Position numbers and translations under genes: made by a program
Assembly: GCA_963734985.1 (NCBI GenBank)
Contig: CAVTJB010000003.1
Location: forward strand, 42,807 to 106,806
DNA length: 64,000 nt
Reading direction: 5' to 3'
Source of the DNA: an uncultured Flavobacteriaceae bacterium
Lineage (GTDB): Bacteria > Bacteroidota > Bacteroidia > Flavobacteriales > Flavobacteriaceae
Shown here: positions 55,932-64,000 of the stretch, piece after piece
Position numbering within the stretch: position 1 is the first letter of the stretch
Layout: every line of letters starts with the position of its first letter
The notes under the pieces: generated by a model
What the model was told of the DNA's origin: nothing
Database searches by the model: none
The model's input: the letters and a program-made list of their open reading frames with translations, nothing else

Positions 55932-58748
55932 TTATAAAATCTTTAATCCCCGACCCTTCATTGTGGAACAGGTTGGGGAATGTTCACTCCTTGCCCCAAT
56001 TTTTATTGGGTTCGAACCAAGAACAATTTCCAATTTGCCTCCTTTTTCATAGTCCTTCTGGGAAAACCAATACGTTTCCAGAGCTTTGTTATTTAATTTG
56101 GCACTATGGATATATCTGTTTTCTTCGGAGTTGTTGTCCGTGGTAATCCTAAACTCCCAGCCCGATAGTATTTGTTGTCCAAAGAAATAACGATCTCATC
56201 AAAAACGGGACTTGTTAATTCATATCTCGGTTCCAACGAGTTGGTTCCTGTGAGACTGAATAAACCCAATGACATTAGGGCACTTACCCCACCCATCTGA
56301 CCTTGGTCTTCATCATGCCCACCATACCCTTTGTCAATACTAGTAGCCCCGTAAGCCTGTTCATTGACCTTTCGAACCCAATATTGGGTCAGCCATGGTT
56401 TGCCTGCATGATTGAAAACATGTGCATTGGAACAGCCCGGTTGATTGGCATAGCTTACATAACCGCTACCATAACCAAAGACAAAATCTTCGGCATCCGC
56501 TTGTTCAAAAGCATAGTTCAATTTGTTGCAAAGCACATCATTGCCTCCCATTAATTTGGCAAGCTCATGGATACCATGGGAAACGGACCATGTTCCCTGC
56601 CAAGAATTTGCCTCGACCCACCCGCTGTTACTTGAGGGGTCGTCATGGGTCCATTTACCGTTCGCGTCTTTTGGAAAAATCAAGTTTTGTGAAGGTTTGA
56701 ATAAGTTCTTCCATCCTTCTGATCTATTTAAAAAATAGTTGTAGTCCTTGTGCTTCCCCAATTTTTTGGCCATTTGGGACAAGGACGAGTCCTGGAACGT
56801 CCATTCTATGGTTTTCCCAGCGTTACCCGGGCACCAGCCGTGGTCGATATAAAATTGAAGTTCTTCCGGGGTGTCGCCAATCATCCGCCCGGCATATGGT
56901 TTTGTTTCATTTCTTTAAAGGCCTGGTGCGGGTCGACCTTGGTCATCAAATCTTTCATGTACGTGCTCGCGATCATATTCGTCGCCGGGCAGCCTGTCAT
57001 AATATAGGAATATCCACCGGCGATAGCTCCCCGAGGGAGAAGACCGCCATTTTTTGAATATTGCACCAAAGAAGCAGAAAAATCGTCCAAGATTTCAGGC
57101 CATGCTAGTCCCCATAGAATATTGAGGTTCCATTGGGTAAGCCATAAGGCATCAAAATTGTACATATTGAACTTGGCATTGCCATCGGCGTCCATAGGAA
57201 GTTTCCGTACCTTTAGGTTCGCTTTTGTGAAATTGGCATAGCGCTCGCCTTGGGTGTAGTCTGGATAATCACCACTTACATCGTTCAAAATTCGTCTTCC
57301 CAATAACACATGCCAAAGATCGGTGTAGAATTTTACTGTTTGATCGTGTGTACCGCCTTTTACCTTGATTTTGCCCAGTTTGTCGTTCCAAACGGACAAC
57401 GATTTGTTCTTATATGCTTCAAAATTCCAATCGGGTGCTTCGGCTTCCAAATTCTTTCTAGCATTTACGATAGAGGTATACGATATGGAAATTTTCATTT
57501 GTATTTCATCGCCGGCCTCGACATCGTATTGGGCGGAAACACCGGTTGTTGGGGCATTCCAATAACTCTGTGTCAAACTGGGGAAGACAATGGAGTCACG
57601 TCGTGTCATTTCGGTCGTTCCCTTGAGGTTTTCGATGTTCGATAGAATTTCGTTCTCGTTCCAACCATTAAAGGCTTTGAATGGTTTATCAAATTTCGCG
57701 ACAAAAAATATCTTTACATTTTCTGGACCGCCCCAAAATCTTCCGGACAAATCAAAGTAACCTTCAAATGCGGTTTGGCCTACCTTTCGAACATCGGCAT
57801 TGATCATCGTCGAATTCCCCAGATAACCCCCCAAGTTGGTCAGGATATTGGCTTCCGCTTTTTCGGTAAAGTTAAAACGATAGAACGTAGTTCTTTCCGT
57901 ACTGGTATAGTCGACCCACATATGATAGTCCTCGAGATAGACCCGCTGATAGCCGGGGATGGCAATCTCGTCATCATGACTAAAGCTCGATTTCCAAGCT
58001 GCGGCACCATGGGTGGATCAACCTCGCCTGTTGTTGGCATTACCTGAATACCCGATAGGCACCAACCATGAATCTGTTCAAAGCCCAGTATTTCGGTTGA
58101 ATTGTAGTTATAACCGCCCCCGTATTGGTTCTTGTTCCGGGTTATCGGTGCTGCGGCCACCATGCCCATGGGCCTAGCACCAGGGGTAAAGAAAAAGTAC
58201 CTGCCCTTGGCAGATTCTATGAAGGGGTCTACCCAAGTAAGTGGGGCATCATCCTGACCACGTGCGGCAAAGACCTCGATTTCGGAAAGGCCCATTCCCA
58301 ATCCCTCTCCATCGGTGACATCAAAACGCACCCATTCCACTTCCTTGGCGGGAAAGGTAACCATTTTTGGGGAACCGTCATTTGGAATGGCGGTCACCGA
58401 AATTTTACTGCCATCGCTAAAAACCAGGGTGCCACTACCGATTTGGGTTTGGACGCCGGGGCGATCGTACAAGGTAATTTTCTCGATGGATCGCTTTATA
58501 GGCCATTCCAGTTTTATCCAAGGCAATTCAAAAAAACCCCAAGCCCTGTGATCACCCTGACTTGCCCATTCCCCCAATCCCTGTATGCGGATTATTCCAT
58601 CCGTTATATTGGATACAGGATGTTCTGATTGTTCCGTAGATGCACTTATTTTTGCTTGCGGCGCTATATTTTGGGACACAACAAAGATCGAACCCGCAAG
58701 GCAGAATAAAACGGTGAAAATAATTTTTATATGTTTTCCTATCATCAT
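55932..58748 (-). pseudogene. GH92 alpha-mannosidase no.4 with N-terminal discoidin (F5/8C)-like module, frameshifted
   Basis: RYFFFTPGARPMG, FYTDLWHVLLGR, WVEANSWQ and GHDEDQGQMGG; three main pieces. The 3' end is approximate. Confidence 0.88.
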
Positions 58749-58822
58749 ATTTAGCGGGATTTGGTGTTAGGCTTTAATGTCATGTTACCGCTTTGGAATC
58801 GGCAATACTTTATTATATGGTC

Positions 58823-59059
58823 CTAAACGGCATAGGGTTTGGCAACCTTAACTGAACAACATAATCTCAAATTTTCTTTTATGGGCGAATTACATCCCTT
58901 GTTTCCATGCGATGGACCAATAGCGGCCCGACAACCATCGATCACCAAACTCTGTCCCGTGGTATGTCGGGCGTCTCTCGAAACCATAAACAGAACCGCA
59001 TGTGTGATATCTTTGACTGAGGCGTGCCACATAGGGGTCAGGCTTTCCCATATTTCCAT
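58823..59059 (-). pseudogene. C-terminal remnant of an SDR oxidoreductase
   Basis: DITHAVLFMVSRDARHTTGQSLVIDG, a typical SDR C-terminus; there is no N-terminal Rossmann motif. Confidence 0.6.
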
Positions 59060-59301
59060 TCAATGACCCAGATTTAAATACTCCGATTGATTAGCTTTCC
59101 GAGGTTAGAAGGAGTGAATCATAAATACTAGCGGCAACAACAAAATTAACCAGATACCTTTTGGTCGAAATCAATTTGCTTTTATTAGTTGTAGAATAGT
59201 CCATTGCATAAATAATAAAAACAAGTCGCTCATAAAATAATATCCTCAATATATCCCCCAAAATAGGATTTCTATACCAAAAGTACGAATATAATGTTTA
59301 T

Positions 59302-59313
59302 ATGTTTACACAT
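59302..59313. promoter_or_regulatory. Putative GntR/HutC operator ATGTTTACACAT
   Basis: TATGTTTACACATA is the exact reverse complement of the 14-mer at 37841-37854. It lies upstream of the minus-strand SDR-remnant / GH92 no.4 / MFS / esterase unit. Confidence 0.75.
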
Positions 59314-59427
59314 AAGGTGGTTTGTCTACAATTTTATTAAATTATCAGACGGAATTTTGGGCCGACATCTCCAAAAAGGGGGTTTTATTTTAAAGTTGAG
59401 GAGAACTTCAAGTTGCCATTTGTAGAT

Positions 59428-60146
59428 GAAGTGATTTAAACTTTTTTCTTGTTCTTTTCCAAATTTTTTGAGGGCCATCACGATGAATGCCAGATAGTTG
59501 AACCCTTTCCAACTTTCGACTGTCGTGTCGAACCTGTTCAGCAGGGAACGGTAGCTGTCCATCCAAGCGTTCGTACGCTCCACCGCATAGCGTTCACCGT
59601 ATAGTTCCTCGTCGAAATATTCGTCCCTGTCCGCTCTGCCATTGCGCTTGTTGAAGCATACATTGGTGTTGATCTCATTTTTCCCGCAGGACCTCCGGAA
59701 GTCCTTGGAATCGAATCCGGCATCGGCGTTGAGGAACAGTCCGTCTACCGGTATGTTGGCCTTTTCCAATGTAGCAGTTACCACCTCGAACTGCACCTCG
59801 ATATCATAGAGGTCGTTATGGTTTCCCGCCACGGGCTCGGACATGGCCAAGGGCAGCCACTGACTATCGGTCAGGTACAGGGCGTTGGTCGTTTTCAGCT
59901 TCTTCCTCCCTTGGTAGGCGACGCTCCCGCCGCCCCGCTTGGCAGGCGTATGGCTGCCGTCAAGGTCTACGCTGGAGAGGTCGAGCGCCCTGTGCCTGTC
60001 GTGGAGCGTCACCCAGCAGTCCTTCCAGAAATCCGCCCTGCACCATTTGCGGTAATGGTGGTAGACCGACTGCCAGCTCAACGCATTTTCGGAAAACAGG
60101 TAGGTAACGGGAAGATGTTCCCAATGTACGCCCGTTTTCAGCCTGT
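59428..60146 (-). mobile_element. IS5-family transposase, 5'-truncated
   Basis: YRLKTGVHW, SVYHHYRKW, DLDGSHTPAKRGG, ADAGFD and RYAVERTNAWM. About the first 40 codons are missing; the end begins GAAGTGATTTAAA. Confidence 0.85.
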
Positions 60147-60271
60147 AGGGTGTATCGGATTTCTGTCATTTCTTCTTTTCATGCTTATGGTTAAAATGGG
60201 TTAAACAGATTCCCTTCTTTTATTTACCTTTAAAAAGCATACAATTGGTTCAATGTGCAAAAAACGGATAT

Positions 60272-62072
60272 AGTATACCACCAGCGGCGGGTCAAAGTGG
60301 ACCACCCACAGCGGGTGAAAGTGAGCCACTAAAAACCGATTCTATTTGAGGGTTATGTCAATGGTCTTTTTTTTGTTAAAAAGATCATGGCCAACAAACA
60401 AATAGAAATGCGAAAAGTAAAACGAATATTCAAGCTATATAGCATTGGCGTCAGCAAGCGCCAAATAATCAAGCAGCTTGGTCTTTCCAGAAATACGGTA
60501 ACGAAGTATATAGCGTTCTTCAAGCGTTATAAGTTGACAGCCTATGAAGTCGATGCACTGACCCTTGAAGAGCTGCACAAGCTGTTCAAGTCGGAACAAC
60601 GCACGAAAAGTGAGCAGCTACAGACCTTAGAAAGGTACTTTTCCTATTTCGACAAAGAGCTACGAAAAACAGGTGTGACCAAACAGTTGCTTTGGCAGGA
60701 GTACTATCCCAAGCACCCTGACGGGTTCCAGCTATCACAGTTCAGGTATTGGTACAGGGAGTGAACCAAGGAGGTCTCCCCGGTAATGCATTTTACGCAT
60801 AAGGCCGGGGACAAACTGTTCATCGATTACACGGGCAAGAAACTTCATACAGTAGATAAACATGCGGGAGAAATACAGGACCTAGAGGTCTTCGTGTGTG
60901 TTTTGGGCAGTAGCCAATATACCTATGTGGAGGCCCGCGCAAGTCAAAAGAAAGAAGATTTTATCCAATGTGTAGAAAATGCACTTTGGTATTATGGCGG
61001 TGTACCACAGGCTCTGGTGCCCGACAACCTAAGGGCGGCGGTAACCAAAAGTAGCCGTTACGAGCCAAAGGTAAATGAGACCTTTGCCGACTTTGCCGAG
61101 CATTACGAAACAGCAGTACTGCCTACAAGGGCCTACAGGCCAAGGGATAAAGCTATTGTCGAGAATACCGTCCGTATCATTTACACAAGGGTGTTCGCAC
61201 CTCTTAGAGACCAGACCTGCCATAGCGGGGCCGATCTCAACAAGGCCATTCTAGAACTTTTGGACGTCCATAATAAAATGCCCTTCAGGGGCAGGGAATA
61301 CTCTCGTTATTCTCTTTTTAAGGAAATCGAAAGTTTAGAGTTGAAACCTTTGCCGGTAAAGCGGTACGAGATAAAATTTTACGCCAAGGCAACGGTCCAC
61401 AAGAACAGCCACATCTACCTGAGCAAGGACAAACACTACTACAGTGTGCCCTACCAACACATAGGCAAGCACGTGAAAATTATATTCTCCAATAGTCTGG
61501 TAGAGATTTTTTATAAGGAGGAAAGACTTGCGGCACATGGGCGTGAGAAAAGGAACAAATGCCCTCGCACCACCGGTTCATAAGTGAATGGAACTCTGAT
61601 AAATTCATAGACTGGGCAAGCAATATCGGGATCCATTGTAAAGAATATATCATAGAGATCTTGGATAAAAAACAGCATCCGGAGCAATCGTACAAGTCGT
61701 GCCTTGGGATATTGCACCTGGCCAAAAGGGCGGGCAACGAAAGATTGGACAAGGCCTGTAAAAGAGCTTCGGGCTACCAAGCTTACAACTATAACATGAT
61801 CGATAGGATACTCAAAAAGGGCTGGGACAAACTTGATGAAGACCCGGAAGAGGATATAGAGATTCCCGGCCATAACAATATAAGGGGAGGCAATTACTAC
61901 AAATAGAAATCATTAAAAACACCAATATGAATACACAAACATTGGAACAGATGAAACAATTAAGGTTCTACGGTATGCTCAGGGCCTTTAACACCAGCTT
62001 GGCACCAAATAGTATCGGCTACACCAATGACGAGCTGATAGCCTATTTAATGCAATCGGAATGGGACGAAAG
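60272..62072 (+). mobile_element. IS21-family element: disrupted istA (60387-61906) and truncated istB (61927-about 62072)
   Basis: End repeats GCGGGTCAAAGTGGACCAC (60287-60305) and GCGGGTGAAAGTGAGCCAC (60311-60329). IstA motifs FIDYTG, VPDNLRAAV and PRDKAIVE; nonsense TGA at 60762; frameshift near 61560. istB stops after QSEWDE. Confidence 0.9.
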
Positions 62073-62516
62073 CTCTTTTTGACAATATAACCGCTTTTGA
62101 ACAGAGCCAAGAAAGAAAACTTTAGGCGTTGGTGAAAGTAAATTACTAGAAAGATCAATGAGCGGTGTTTCAAATAATGTTTTTTATGGAACTCAAATAG
62201 CAATTAAATTAATAATACAACTACCTGTCTAGACTCAAAAGCATGTAAAAAAATTAGACGATTCATGTAAATATATTTTACACATTTCATACTTTTTTCA
62301 AAAAATATTTGATTAATTATTTAATGTTCAATAAGTTAACTATTTGGTACAATTTTGGGTAAGTTATTCAAATGCATTAGATTGGAGATAGTCAATTGTA
62401 GGCCGACTTAAATTCGCCAACCCATCCATTTAAAACGAGAATAGCCTTTTGGGATTATCTCAAAGTAGATTTCAAATACTTAAAAGTCATCCTACAACCC
62501 TATTATCAACTGGACC

Positions 62517-64000
62517 ATGATCGGAAACTATATCAAAACCTCGGGACGCAACCTAATGCGCAACAAGCTATTCTCGTCCATCAATATTGTTGGCCTTGCC
62601 ATCAGTATGTCCGTCGGACTACTACTGATCGCGTTCATCCTGGACCTGTATTCGTACGACAAGTTCAATAAGAATGGTGATAGAATCTATCGCATCACCA
62701 ACGTAACTACTTCCAATAATGAACAGGACAGCAAGTTTGCGACCACATCGATCAAGACCGGAAAGCTTATCCGGGAGAAAGTGACCGGCATTGAAGAAGT
62801 GGCCATTGTGCGCAACGATTTTTCGCAGGATGCGAAGGTCGGGGACCAAATTCTTCCCATCAAGGGCATCTGGGCGGAGCCGTCTTTGTTCAGGATATTT
62901 ACATTTCCGATGTTGGAAGGCAATCCTGACACGGCGCTCAAAAATCCTTATTCGATCGTGCTGACGGAGACAGCAGCGCAAAAGCTGTTCGGTAATGAAT
63001 CTGCGCTCGGCAAAGCGATCCTATTCGATTCGTCCAATTATCAGGTGACCGGCGTAATGAAGGACGTTCCTTTCTTTTCGCATATGAACTTCGAAGCACT
63101 GGTATCGTTCTCCACCGCTGAGCAAATAAATAAAAACGATACTGGTTTTGAGGCATGGACAAACATGTCGTCGAACTACGTGTACGTCCTCAAACAGGAA
63201 AATGCCGACATGGCATCGATTCAGTCGCAGCTCGACGTATTGGCAAAGGAGGAAAATGGTGCCGACGAAAGTACCGAAATCCAACTCGAGCTTCTTCCTT
63301 TATTTGATATCGTAGTCGGGGAAGATCTTCCTCTCTATGGGTCGCGTGGGCCCTCATATACCTCCGGTCGTGCTTTGGATACTTGGTGCGCTAGCACTCA
63401 TTGTGATATTGTCGGCATGTTTTAATTATACTATTCTTACGATAGCACGTGCCATGCGCCGCTTTAAGGAAGTGGGCCTTCGCAAAGCAATCGGTGCCGG
63501 AAAGGGCCAGGTACGGCAGCAATTCATGGCAGAGGCAATCATAATCTCCCTGACGGCCCTTTTTCTTTCCTTTTTCCTATTTCTCGTATTGCGGCCGCAA
63601 CTGATAAACATGGCACCGGAGATGCAGCAACTAGTGAAGCTCGAGCTCTCCCCACCTATGGTTTTGGCTTTTATCATATTTTCGGTGATCGTAGGTGTTA
63701 TTGCCGGTTTCATACCTGCACTATTCTTTTCGAAAGTCAGCGCAATCAATGCACTCAGAAATGTGCAGTCGGTGAAAGTATTCAAACATATACCTCTTAG
63801 ACGCGCCTTGGTGGTTATTCAATACACGCTCACACTAATATTTATAACAGCGACCGCTGTGGGCTATGTGCAGTATAAGAACATTCTTGTGTTCGACCTG
63901 GGGTTCAAAACAGAAAATATCCTGAACATCGATATGCAGGGTAATAAACCCGTGGGGCTTCTCAACGAACTGAGCGGGATGCCGGAAGTGACAGCACTGT
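62517..64000 (+). pseudogene. MacB/FtsX-type ABC transporter permease, frameshifted near 63340, runs off the window
   Basis: RNKLFSSINIVGLAISM, periplasmic MacB domain, then ACFNY...KEVGLRKAIGA...QFMAEA in another frame. Confidence 0.88.

Noticed and set aside
60762-61583. Programmed read-through or frameshift in istA
   Set aside because: TGA replaces an expected Trp codon and istB is truncated, so simple decay explains it.

Overview
The window comes from a Flavobacteriaceae (Bacteroidota) chromosome, inferred from TAnnTTTG promoters, SusC/SusD and the gene families present. It has four parts. (1) 1-15.9 kb is intact core genome: a PAS histidine kinase (partial), katG, DUF2141, a SnoaL-like protein, DUF423, DUF5916, a CarboxypepD_reg-like protein, feoA-feoB with a small Cys-rich partner, SCO, rseP and tRNA-Asn. 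A tRNA-Asp 3' remnant follows. (2) 16.4-23.1 kb is a visibly GC-rich, essentially intact four-gene unit: PSCyt/DUF1549/DUF1553, DUF1501, a sterol desaturase-family protein and a cytochrome c/LRR protein. (3) 23.2-59.3 kb is an AT-richer alpha-mannoside utilisation locus with four GH92 genes, SusC/D, ASPIC/FG-GAP, a six-hairpin glycosidase, DUF5005-like, ROK, a long PMI-like protein, a GntR/HutC regulator, an esterase, a sugar porter and a candidate oxidative mannose pathway. Most of these genes are broken by frameshifts or nonsense codons, while ROK, PMI and the regulator are intact. (4) 59.4-64 kb holds IS5 and IS21 remnants and a broken ABC permease. The main observation is a palindrome, ATGTnTAnACAT (the HutC-type GTnTAnAC pattern), found six times, each upstream of an operon. 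One copy lies upstream of the uncharacterised DUF1553/DUF1501 unit, which suggests that unit belongs to the mannose regulon.
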